Shown: one piece after another, positions 19,158 to 27,372 of the stretch | Position numbering within the stretch: the stretch's first letter is position 1 | Layout: each line of letters opens with the position of its first letter | Assembly: GCA_051871795.1 (NCBI GenBank) | Contig: JBJEDE010000033.1 | Coordinates: 16,354-80,353 of the forward strand | Direction: 5' to 3' | From: Muribaculaceae bacterium | Lineage (GTDB): Bacteria; Bacteroidota; Bacteroidia; Bacteroidales; Muribaculaceae | Length of the DNA: 64,000 nucleotides | Program-made: the position numbers and the translations under genes | Notes under the pieces: generated by a model | Databases searched by the model: none | The model's input: the letters and a program-made list of their open reading frames with translations, nothing else | What the model was told of the DNA's origin: nothing

Positions 19158-20552
19158 TTATATCATTTTTTGAAGTTCGCTGTAAGCTGTTTTTCCGGAT
19201 GATGTCTTAGGCAATTCCGCAATAGTCCTGACTTTGAATGCCTTAACGTTCAAGCCGGTTATCTTGGAAGAATAATTGCGGATATCGTCAGCGCAGGTTG
19301 CGTCAGTGGTGAAAATGGTGATTAAGTCATCGACACCTGCGCACGCTATCGATTCGAATCTGGGCTTAAGCAGCTGCTCCAGGGCATCAAGATTGCATCT
19401 GTTGCCCCAAATTTTTACGAAACGTTTCATACGTCCGGTAATATAATAAAATCCGTCGGCATCTTTTTTCCCAATGTCACCGGTGTGGAGGCTGCCGTGA
19501 TTTTCGTCGCCTTTGGCAAGGTCTTGAACACATTCGGCATAGCCCAAAGAAACATTTTGTCCTGAGTATACGAGCTCGCCTTCAGCGTCCGCTTCGTTTA
19601 TTTCATTACCAGACTGATCGATGATCGAAAAGCGACCTCCGGGAATGGGCATCCCAATAGAAGAACACTTCTGCACGGCGTATTGTGCCGGAAGATAGCT
19701 CATACGTGCCGTGGCTTCGGTCTGACCGTACATTACTACAAAGCGTTTGCCCTTTGATTGCGAATTTTCGGCGAAAAATTTTACCAATTCAGGCTGAAGC
19801 TTCCCTCCGGCCTGAGTCAAAGTGCTGAGCGACGGCAAATCCATATTGAAAAAACGCAGTCTTTTCAGCATTTCGTAGGTGTATGGCACTCCGGCGAATG
19901 ATGTCGCCTCTTCTTTTCTGACAAAATCCCAAAATTCGCGTTGCAGGATAGACTTGTCGGTAAGCAAAATACATCCGCCGGCGAGCAGATGGCTGTTGAT
20001 TACGCTGAGCCCGTAGCTGTAATGCATCGGCAGAGAGGTTACAGGGCGCTCTTTTTCGGTGATTGATAAATATTCGGCTATGCTCCGGGCGTTGGCGAGA
20101 ATGTTGGACTTTGACAGACGCACGAGCTTAGGTGAGCCGGTAGATCCGCTTGTGGTCAGCAGAAGCGAAAGCTCAGGGTTAATCCGATGCTTTCCTTCGT
20201 GGAGTCTCCAAAGAGAATATCCATGAGTTTTGTGCACTATTTCTCCTTGATCGAAGACTCTGTCGTCCGGAGTCCAGATATAGTTCGGTTTATAGATATC
20301 AATAAGTGGAAGGAGAAGATCGTCGACCTTGTTTTTGTCGAGCATGACCACCGGCATATTATTTTCCGGCGCGCTCAGATAGGCTATGACCGAACCGATA
20401 GAGTTGGAACATAAGCAAAAGCATAACGCGCCATCAGCTTCGACACGTTCGGCCACTGCCCTGATTTCATGAGAAAGTTCGCTGTAAGACAAGGCGTTAC
20501 CCGCATCATCCTTCAGCGCCGTCCCCATATGCTTGTCGATATCAAAAATCAT
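19158..20552 (-). CDS. Stand-alone adenylation enzyme (AMP-dependent ligase, DltA-like carrier-protein loader)
   Basis: 'LLTTSGSTGSPKLVRLS', 'VMYGQTEAT', 'TGDIGKKDADGFYYITGRMKRFVKIWG'. 464 aa. Confidence 0.8.
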   Translation of the reverse strand: MIFDIDKHMGTALKDDAGNALSYSELSHEIRAVAERVEADGALCFCLCSNSIGSVIAYLSAPENNMPVVMLDKNKVDDLLLPLIDIYKPNYIWTPDDRVFDQGEIVHKTHGYSLWRLHEGKHRINPELSLLLTTSGSTGSPKLVRLSKSNILANARSIAEYLSITEKERPVTSLPMHYSYGLSVINSHLLAGGCILLTDKSILQREFWDFVRKEEATSFAGVPYTYEMLKRLRFFNMDLPSLSTLTQAGGKLQPELVKFFAENSQSKGKRFVVMYGQTEATARMSYLPAQYAVQKCSSIGMPIPGGRFSIIDQSGNEINEADAEGELVYSGQNVSLGYAECVQDLAKGDENHGSLHTGDIGKKDADGFYYITGRMKRFVKIWGNRCNLDALEQLLKPRFESIACAGVDDLITIFTTDATCADDIRNYSSKITGLNVKAFKVRTIAELPKTSSGKTAYSELQKMI

Positions 20553-21322
20553 AGAGGAGAGGTTAAATAGGTTCGGATGTCAAAACCGCCGCCGTTAACT
20601 TTAATAGTTTGTCCTGTTACGTATCTTGATTGATCGGAGACTAAGAACATACATACGTCTGCAATTTCCTCAGGTAATCCGAATCGCTTCAAAGCGATAC
20701 CTCTTTTTAGAAGTTCAGATTCCTTTTCAGAAATAGATGAGCTTATCATTTTCGTTTCGGTAGGTCCGGGAGCTATTGCATTAACCCGGATGTTGTATGA
20801 GCCGAGTTCGGATGCGATTTTTTTTGTGGCTATGACAAGAGCGCTCTTGCTTGCGGCATATTCCATTTGCGAGGTGTCTTCTCCCCAGGCTGCAATCGAC
20901 GAGATGTTCACTATCGAGCCTTGACCGTTGCGTGTCATCATTCTCGCAACGAGCTGTGTGAGATAAATAACGCTGAAAAAGTTTATTTCCATCGTTTTTC
21001 TTATCTCCTCCATTTTTGTCATCTGGAACAGGGCTCCCGGGCTGAGATATCCGGCGCAGTTGACAAGGATATCTATGGGCTTTTTTTCTTTACGGATATC
21101 CATAAAACCCTCTTTGATGGATTCGGGTTTTTCCAAATCCATCATCACGGGGCGAATCCACACTCCATGCTCTTTTTGCAGGGATTCGATTTCGTTGAGC
21201 CATTGCGGATCGTCGCGATGAACCACGGCCCAGACGTTGATACCTTTTCCGGCAAATTTTTTCAGGATTGCCAATCCTATGCCGGTGCGGGCGCCGGTGA
21301 CTATGGCATTTTTCCCTTTCAA
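20549..21322 (-). CDS. SDR-family oxidoreductase (FabG-like)
   Basis: 'AIVTGARTGIGLAI' Rossmann motif and 'YAASKSAL' catalytic YxxxK. TTG start overlapping the ACP stop (TTGA). Confidence 0.8.
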   Translation of the reverse strand: MKGKNAIVTGARTGIGLAILKKFAGKGINVWAVVHRDDPQWLNEIESLQKEHGVWIRPVMMDLEKPESIKEGFMDIRKEKKPIDILVNCAGYLSPGALFQMTKMEEIRKTMEINFFSVIYLTQLVARMMTRNGQGSIVNISSIAAWGEDTSQMEYAASKSALVIATKKIASELGSYNIRVNAIAPGPTETKMISSSISEKESELLKRGIALKRFGLPEEIADVCMFLVSDQSRYVTGQTIKVNGGGFDIRTYLTSPL

Positions 21323-21555
21323 ATCTCTACGTCGTATTTGCGGAGGATTTCTTTGCCTTTCTCGTATGAAGAGAAGTCGATGATGTCGTCGGTCTCCATC
21401 ATGATGTCAAATGCGTCTTCAATGGCCGCAACGAGGGTCATGTGGCCCACGGAGTCCCATAATTCCGTACCTTGGTATGCCAGGCCGGCGAGTTTGTCTT
21501 CCGAGATTTCAAGTGTTTGACAGAATGCGTCGTTGTATTTCTGAAGATTGTCCAT
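21319..21555 (-). CDS. Acyl carrier protein
   Basis: 78 aa, acidic. The 'WDSVGHMTLVAAIE' DS motif is the phosphopantetheine attachment site. Confidence 0.75.
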   Translation of the reverse strand: MDNLQKYNDAFCQTLEISEDKLAGLAYQGTELWDSVGHMTLVAAIEDAFDIMMETDDIIDFSSYEKGKEILRKYDVEI

Positions 21556-21591
21556 AAAGCAGGGGATGATTAAGATGAAATGAGGGGTAGT

Positions 21592-22122
21592 TTATTTAAA
21601 CCGTTTGATAAATCTCAGACGATTTTTGTTGTTAAAATAGGCGTCTGCATCGAGGATGTAGAGCTGATTGTAGACATTTTCTTGTCCCGGAGCCATATAT
21701 GAGCCGAGGAAATCGATAAATCTTTGAGCGCGCCGATTGTCGGTAAGAATATGGGAGATGATTCTGTCGACCGTGCCGCTTTCGAATGCCGTGTCAAAAA
21801 GGGCTAAATGCGCGCGGTAGCTTACATCGGAGTTGAGGTAGCGGTCGTCCCAGATGAATACTCCGCCTTCTCCGACTTTGTCATGGATGTCCTTGATATT
21901 GATAAGGCCGATGTCTTGGCCGTGCATCACAATCAAATAAAAGAGGTTGGAATCATTATTGATTTTTTCAAACCATTTTTCCTGCATTTCGGCGGTGATT
22001 TCATCACGGTACTCCATATACTGTGATATTTTGGGGTCGTTTCTCCATCGGCGCACAAGCTCTATTTTGTCGTGAGTCAGGCGTTTAAGCGTGATGCCGT
22101 ATTTTGTGATTTCGTCTTGCAT
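21592..22122 (-). CDS. GNAT-family N-acyltransferase (RimL/Acetyltransf_3-like)
   Basis: 176 aa. 'ITLKRLTHDKIELVRRWRNDP...', 'DIGLINIKDI' and 'NRRAQRFIDFLG' resemble RimJ/RimL-type GNATs. Confidence 0.65.
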   Translation of the reverse strand: MQDEITKYGITLKRLTHDKIELVRRWRNDPKISQYMEYRDEITAEMQEKWFEKINNDSNLFYLIVMHGQDIGLINIKDIHDKVGEGGVFIWDDRYLNSDVSYRAHLALFDTAFESGTVDRIISHILTDNRRAQRFIDFLGSYMAPGQENVYNQLYILDADAYFNNKNRLRFIKRFK

Positions 22123-22173
22123 GAAGTTTATGGCTTATTGTAGAGTATAGGAAGAAGCATAAAATGCATTGTG

Positions 22174-22181
22174 CAAATTTA
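22174..22181 (-). promoter_or_regulatory. -7 promoter box (TAAATTTG) for the six-gene lux-like operon
   Basis: TAnnTTTG, 52 nt upstream of the ATG at 22122. Confidence 0.5.
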
Positions 22182-22212
22182 CGAAAATTATTTCGATTTG
22201 ACAAAACGTCTT

Positions 22213-23733
22213 TCACTCCCACTCGATTGTGGCCGGCGGTTTGGAGGAGATGTCGTAGGTGACGCGGTTCACGCCCTTGACTTTGTTGATGATTTCGTTG
22301 GAGACGTGGGCCAGGAAGTCGTAGGGGAGGTGGGCCCAGTCGGCTGTCATGGCGTCGGTGGAGGTTACGGCACGCAGGGCCACGGCGCGTTCGTAGGTGC
22401 GTTCGTCGCCCATCACTCCCACGCTCTGCACGGGCAGGAGTATCACGCCGGCTTGCCAAATTTGGTCGTAGAGATTCCAGTCGCGCAAGCCTTGTATGAA
22501 GATGTGGTCGGCTTCTTGCAGGATGTGTACTTTTTCGGGGGTGATGTCGCCGAGGATGCGTACGGCAAGTCCGGGACCGGGGAAGGGGTGACGCGATATG
22601 AGGCGGCGGGGAACACCGAGCTTGGCGCCCACGGCGCGCACTTCGTCTTTGAAGAGGAGGCGCAGGGGTTCGCACAGCCGCAGGTTCATGCGTTCGGGGA
22701 GTCCGCCCACGTTGTGATGGCTTTTGATAGTGGTGCCGGTGATGGAGAGACTTTCGATGCAGTCGGGGTAGATGGTGCCTTGGGCGAGCCATCGGGCGTC
22801 GGTGATTTTTTTTGCTTCTTTTTCGAAGACGTCGATGAAGCCTTTACCGATGATTTTGCGTTTGCGTTCGGGGTCGGTGACTCCGGCGAGTTCGGCGAAG
22901 AATTTTGCTGATGCGTCTACGCCGATGACGTTGAGGCCGAGGTCGCGGTAGTCGTGCATCACGTCGTGAAATTCGTTTTTGCGCAGCATGCCGTGGTCGA
23001 CGAAGATGCAGGTGAGGCGGTCGCCGATGGCGCGGTTCAGGAGTACGGCGGCCACGGTGGAGTCTACGCCGCCGCTGAGTCCGAGGATCACGCGGTCGTC
23101 GCCGATTTGCTCTTTGAGCGCGGCTACGGTGGTGTCGATAAACGAGTCGGCGCTCCATGAGCAGCCCGAGCCGCAGATACCGATTACGAAGTTGCGCAGG
23201 AGAGTCATGCCGCAAGTGGAGTGGAACACTTCGGGATGGAACTGGACGCCCCACGCGCGCCGGCCGTCGAGGCGGTAGGCTGCGCAATTTACTTTTTCGG
23301 TGGAGGCTATCACGTGCGCGTGCTCCGGGAGTGATGTGATGGTGTCGCCGTGGCTCATCCACACTTGTGCTCCGGGCTCGATGCCGGCCATCAGGGGGTC
23401 GGAGCCGCTGACAGATGCGAGGATTGCGCGGCCGTATTCGCGTGAGCCGGCTGCCTGCACGTTGCCTCCTCCCTGGTATGCTATGAGTTGTGCTCCGTAG
23501 CAGATGCCGAGCACGGGGTAGCGGTCGATGAGGGCTCGGGTGTCGGTGCTGAAGGCTTTGGGGTCGTAGACCGAGAACGGGCTGCCGGAGAGGATGACAC
23601 CGATTACGTCGGGATCGTCGTGGGGCATTTTGTTGTAGGGGTGGATTTCGCAATAAGTGCCCGACTCGCGCACTCGTCGTGCGATGAGCTGGGTGGTCTG
23701 CGATCCGAAGTCGAGGATGATAATTTTTTCCAT
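22213..23733 (-). CDS. guaA: GMP synthase (glutamine-hydrolysing)
   Basis: 506 aa. '[20 protein letters not shown]' and '[13 protein letters not shown]' PP-loop. C-terminal '...PPATIEWE'. Confidence 0.97.
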   Translation of the reverse strand: MEKIIILDFGSQTTQLIARRVRESGTYCEIHPYNKMPHDDPDVIGVILSGSPFSVYDPKAFSTDTRALIDRYPVLGICYGAQLIAYQGGGNVQAAGSREYGRAILASVSGSDPLMAGIEPGAQVWMSHGDTITSLPEHAHVIASTEKVNCAAYRLDGRRAWGVQFHPEVFHSTCGMTLLRNFVIGICGSGCSWSADSFIDTTVAALKEQIGDDRVILGLSGGVDSTVAAVLLNRAIGDRLTCIFVDHGMLRKNEFHDVMHDYRDLGLNVIGVDASAKFFAELAGVTDPERKRKIIGKGFIDVFEKEAKKITDARWLAQGTIYPDCIESLSITGTTIKSHHNVGGLPERMNLRLCEPLRLLFKDEVRAVGAKLGVPRRLISRHPFPGPGLAVRILGDITPEKVHILQEADHIFIQGLRDWNLYDQIWQAGVILLPVQSVGVMGDERTYERAVALRAVTSTDAMTADWAHLPYDFLAHVSNEIINKVKGVNRVTYDISSKPPATIEWE

Positions 23734-23769
23734 ATATGTGTTCCTGTTTTGAGGCTGAGTATGGGAGGA

Positions 23770-26145
23770 CTACGATTGTGGCAGGGCTATGCTGATAACT
23801 TCGGCTGCTGTGGCTGCGTAGTGGAAGGTGAGTCCGCGGGTGTAACGCTCGGGTATGTCGTCGATGTCTTTGCGGTTGTCGGGGCAGATGATGATGTCGG
23901 TGATGCCTGAGCGCTTGGCGGCGAGGATTTTTTCTTTTATTCCGCCCACCGCGAGCACTTTGCCGCGGAGGGTGATTTCGCCTGTCATGGCCGTGCGCGG
24001 GCGCAGTTTGCGGCCGGTGAGCAGCGATACCAGAGCGGTGGCGATGGTGATGCCGGCCGAGGGACCGTCTTTTGGTACGGCGCCTTCTGGAAAGTGGATG
24101 TTGATGTCGTTTTTGTCGAATATTTCGGGGTTTATGCCGAGCTCGGCGCTGTGGGTCTTTACCCATTTGAGGGCGATTGTGGCCGACTCTTTCATCACGT
24201 CGCCGAGGTTGCCGGTGAGGGACAGCTGATTGCCTTTTCCGGGCGAAAGGGATGTCTCGACCAGGAGCGTTTCCCCTCCTGCGCGAGTCCAGGCCAGACC
24301 TGTGACCACACCGGGTATGTCGTTGCCTTCGTACCGGTCTTTGGAGTATGGGGGAGTGCCGAGGAGGTCTTGCAGGTGTTCGGGCTCCACGGTGGTCGGG
24401 AATGTTTTGCCTTCCATTGTGGCGAGGATATGGCGCCGGGCGATTTTGGCGAGGGCTTTCTGAAGCTGTCGCACGCCGCTTTCTGCTGTGTAGAGGTCGA
24501 TGATGTCGGTGATGGCTGCGTCGCTAATTGCGAAAGCGTCGGGTGAGATGCCCAGCTCGGTGGCGTTGCGGCGTATGAGGTGAGTGCGTGCGATTTCTAT
24601 TTTCTCTTCGGTGATGTATCCGCTGAGGTTTACCACTTCGAGGCGGTCGAGCAGGGGAGGCGGCAACGTGTCGAGTGAGTTGGCGGTGGCTATGAAAAGC
24701 ACGTGCGAGAGGTCGAAGTCGACGTCGATGTAGTTGTCGTGGAAATGCGCGTTTTGTTCGGGGTCGAGCACTTCGAGCATAGCCGCGGAGGGGTCGCCTT
24801 TGTAGTCGGCGCCTATTTTGTCGATTTCGTCGAGCACGACTACCGGATTTCGGGTGCCGGCGCGCTTGATGGCGTCGATGATACGGCCGGGCATGGCGCC
24901 GATGTAGGTGCGTCGGTGACCTCTTATTTCCGATTCGTCGTGGAGGCCGCCCAAAGCCACTCGCTGATATTGGCGTCCCAGAGCGCGTGCAATCGATTCG
25001 CCGAGCGATGTTTTACCCACTCCGGGAGGGCCGACGAGGCATAGTATGGGTGCTTTCCCGTCGGGATTGTTGATAAGCACGGCGAGCTGTTCAAGGATGC
25101 GCTCTTTTACTTTGTCGAGCGAGCAGTGTTCGCTGTCGAGCGCCTGACGTGCGAGGGCGAAGTCGGTATTTAACTCTGTTTCGACGTTCCACGGCAGAGA
25201 GAGCAGCGTGTCGAGATATGTGTATATGACCGAGTAGTCGGGAGTCTGCGGGTTGTAGCGGCGTAGCCGTGAGAGTTCTTTGAGGGCAACCTCCCGCACA
25301 TTGTCAGGGAGCGCGGCGTCTTCGATGCGGAGAGCCATTTTCTCCACGTCGCCGTCTTCGCCGTAGAGCTCGTTCTGGAGCACTTCGAGCTGCTGTTGCA
25401 TGAAGGCGCGTTTCTGTCCCTCTTCAAGCTCGGTCTTGGTGCGCATCATCAGCTTTTTGAGCAAATCGGCCTCGAGAAGCTTTTCGGAGAGAATGTCGAT
25501 GAAGTGCATTGCACGTTTTTTTGGCGAGGGCGTAGCCAGAAGCTTGATTTTGTCCTTGATTTTGAACGGGAAATTGGTGAGGATGCTGTTGAGGCTGATC
25601 ACAGGCTCGTTGTTTTCGCGCAGCATCTTCAAGGTCTCGCCCGGGGTGTCGGGCCGGAGCGATGCGAACTCCTCGAGCATGTCGAAAATGCGGTTGATAC
25701 AGACTTTGAACTCGGTTTCGTTGTCGATATTGTCGTAATCGTCCGATAAGTTGTCGGCTGCGACGCAGAAGATGTCCTTGGGGCCTTTGGCGGCTTTGCG
25801 GGTTATGTGTATGGCCTGACGACCGAGCAGCAGAGCTGTTTTCGAGCCGTCGGGAAGCTCGATGATTTTAAGCACGATGGCTGCCACACCATATTTATAT
25901 ATGTCGCGAATCGAAGTGGGGAAATCCTCTTCCGGCTCCTTCTGGCAGAAAACGCCAATGGCTGAGTTGTGTTTCTCGCAATATTCGGCGGCTGCGAGCG
26001 ACTCCTCGCGCACCAGAGCGACAGAAATGTTCACGCCCGGAAACAGCACGAGGTTTCGGCTCGGGAGCACAGGTAGACAGTCGAGTTTGACAGGCCTGTT
26101 TATCTTGTCGATATCGATAGAGATGTGTTCGAGATGGAGATCCAT
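23770..26145 (-). CDS. lon: Lon protease (endopeptidase La)
   Basis: 791 aa. Walker A 'GPPGVGKTSLG' and catalytic Ser 'PKDGPSAGIT'. Confidence 0.95.
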   Translation of the reverse strand: MDLHLEHISIDIDKINRPVKLDCLPVLPSRNLVLFPGVNISVALVREESLAAAEYCEKHNSAIGVFCQKEPEEDFPTSIRDIYKYGVAAIVLKIIELPDGSKTALLLGRQAIHITRKAAKGPKDIFCVAADNLSDDYDNIDNETEFKVCINRIFDMLEEFASLRPDTPGETLKMLRENNEPVISLNSILTNFPFKIKDKIKLLATPSPKKRAMHFIDILSEKLLEADLLKKLMMRTKTELEEGQKRAFMQQQLEVLQNELYGEDGDVEKMALRIEDAALPDNVREVALKELSRLRRYNPQTPDYSVIYTYLDTLLSLPWNVETELNTDFALARQALDSEHCSLDKVKERILEQLAVLINNPDGKAPILCLVGPPGVGKTSLGESIARALGRQYQRVALGGLHDESEIRGHRRTYIGAMPGRIIDAIKRAGTRNPVVVLDEIDKIGADYKGDPSAAMLEVLDPEQNAHFHDNYIDVDFDLSHVLFIATANSLDTLPPPLLDRLEVVNLSGYITEEKIEIARTHLIRRNATELGISPDAFAISDAAITDIIDLYTAESGVRQLQKALAKIARRHILATMEGKTFPTTVEPEHLQDLLGTPPYSKDRYEGNDIPGVVTGLAWTRAGGETLLVETSLSPGKGNQLSLTGNLGDVMKESATIALKWVKTHSAELGINPEIFDKNDINIHFPEGAVPKDGPSAGITIATALVSLLTGRKLRPRTAMTGEITLRGKVLAVGGIKEKILAAKRSGITDIIICPDNRKDIDDIPERYTRGLTFHYAATAAEVISIALPQS

Positions 26146-26170
26146 TAAAAGTTAAGGGGGAAATTTTTTG

Positions 26171-26178
26171 CAAAGGTA
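26171..26178 (-). promoter_or_regulatory. -7 promoter box (TACCTTTG) for lon
   Basis: TAnnTTTG, 26 nt upstream of the lon ATG. Confidence 0.5.
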
Positions 26179-26252
26179 CGAAAAATTGCAAAAAAAATCA
26201 ATAATCCCCCGCGGTCATTAGTTTGCGGCCGGAGTTTGAAGCCTGTTTGATG

Positions 26253-26471
26253 TCAGAACTTTGAGCGCCCCGCCTCAGCCACACTCAGTGAAACTGTACC
26301 GCAAAAGCTAAGAGCCGATTCAACATAGCCGATATAGCGCCCGACTTCCCCAGCCGTAACAAATGCCTCGCCTTTATCATAATGCCGAAGTTGACCGCGG
26401 CTTTTGCAAAGATTCTGCCAAAAGTCGGTGTCAATGTTATCGATATATGAGTTGAACTGCGACTGCATCAC
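26253..26471 (-). pseudogene. Truncated N-terminal fragment of a Crp/Fnr-like (cNMP-binding) regulator
   Basis: 72 aa. 'RHYDKGEAFVTAGEVGRYIGYVES' looks like the start of a cNMP-binding beta-roll. The ORF then ends, with no HTH half. Confidence 0.4.
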
Positions 26472-26504
26472 AAAAATATACTATGCCATTACGAAACAAA
26501 AGCA

Positions 26505-26771
26505 TCAGCCGACCGTGATAATAGGCTGCCCGAAGAAAGTGGAAAGCATGGCGAGAGTTGAGATAGTGAAGTTATGCTCGCCGCTCAGCCATTTTGTTAT
26601 TTCACAAGGTCGTTTACCAAGAGCGTCGGCAAACTGTTTTTTCGTCAAGCCCCGCAGTTGCATCAAATCATAAATTCGGTCTGAAATCTGAAAGGAAAGC
26701 TCGGTTTCCAGTTGCAGACTTTTGGGGATGGGCCCCAGCATTTCTTCCAGTGATTTAGCAGTGCGTTTCAT
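26505..26771 (-). CDS. XRE-family HTH antitoxin (HigA-like)
   Basis: 88 aa. 'LRGLTKKQFADALGKRPCEITKWLSGEHNFTISTLAMLSTFFG'. ATGA overlap with the upstream toxin ORF. Confidence 0.7.
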   Translation of the reverse strand: MKRTAKSLEEMLGPIPKSLQLETELSFQISDRIYDLMQLRGLTKKQFADALGKRPCEITKWLSGEHNFTISTLAMLSTFFGQPIITVG

Positions 26772-27238
26772 ATTTCAAATATATTGTCGGTTTCTATTGT
26801 GGATTCAGTTATGCTAACATTGCCGTTAGCAACTTCCTGCTTAAGAAGCTGTTCAAACTTTTGCAAAGTCATTACATAACCGTTAAGAAGTGAATCGTCC
26901 TCGTATCTTTGAGATTTCTTCACTCCTCCATTGCCTAAAACGAGAATTCTATCGGATAACCGCAGACAATAAAGTCTGAGTTTGGAAGATGTAACCGGTA
27001 AAGCTACGACCGAATCATTCATTTTCCCTTCAGGTCGAAAATAGCGCTCCAATGCACCTGTCTTCGCAATACGTGTAATGAATGCCGCTATTCGGGAGAA
27101 GTCCTCACTGTATTCGGCATCTTCTCTGAATTTGGAGACAAATTTCTCAAATTCAGATTCCATATCGCGGAGAAATTGGAAAGTATATATCGTGCAGTTT
27201 TCTCCGTCCCTGATTAAATAGAGTTCTACTTCGCTCAT
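26768..27238 (-). CDS. RelE/HigB (Gp49-like) family toxin with an N-terminal extension
   Basis: 156 aa from the ATG at 27238 (the ORF-track start is TTG). 'KLRLYCLRLSDRILVLGNGGVKKSQRYEDD' matches the Gp49/HigB core pattern. Confidence 0.5.
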   Translation of the reverse strand: MSEVELYLIRDGENCTIYTFQFLRDMESEFEKFVSKFREDAEYSEDFSRIAAFITRIAKTGALERYFRPEGKMNDSVVALPVTSSKLRLYCLRLSDRILVLGNGGVKKSQRYEDDSLLNGYVMTLQKFEQLLKQEVANGNVSITESTIETDNIFEI

Positions 27239-27268
27239 GGTTCGTATCTTGCGTTTTGTATTATAACG

Positions 27269-27276
27269 CAAAGATA
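27269..27276 (-). promoter_or_regulatory. -7 promoter box (TATCTTTG) for the toxin-antitoxin pair
   Basis: TAnnTTTG, 31 nt upstream of the ATG at 27238. Confidence 0.45.
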
Positions 27277-27372
27277 CGACAAATATTTTACTTAAAAATA
27301 AAATTTCTCACATTTCTTACTTTGGTTTTTACGGCGCGCCGCGATACGCCCGACACGGAGGGGGCGGAAGTG

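Noticed and set aside
22844-24166. A long (440-aa) Arg/Pro/His-rich ORF. Similar ones occur at 27329-29134, 4897-5754, 22085-22792, 40219-41010, 50942-51610 and 45783-46568.
   Set aside because: All lie in an alternate frame or on the opposite strand of well-supported genes (guaA/lon, helicase, guaD, fabH, rpe, transporter). Their low-complexity R/P/H composition is the usual shadow-ORF artefact of GC-rich coding DNA.
26296-26320. The sequence ctaagagccgattcaaca inside the Crp-like fragment resembles the outer end of the 32-bp repeat (ctaagagccggttcgaca).
   Set aside because: It matches only about 16 of 18 positions. Its orientation would also put the Crp-coding DNA on the element-internal side, which is inconsistent with the other three copies. 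It is probably coincidence.
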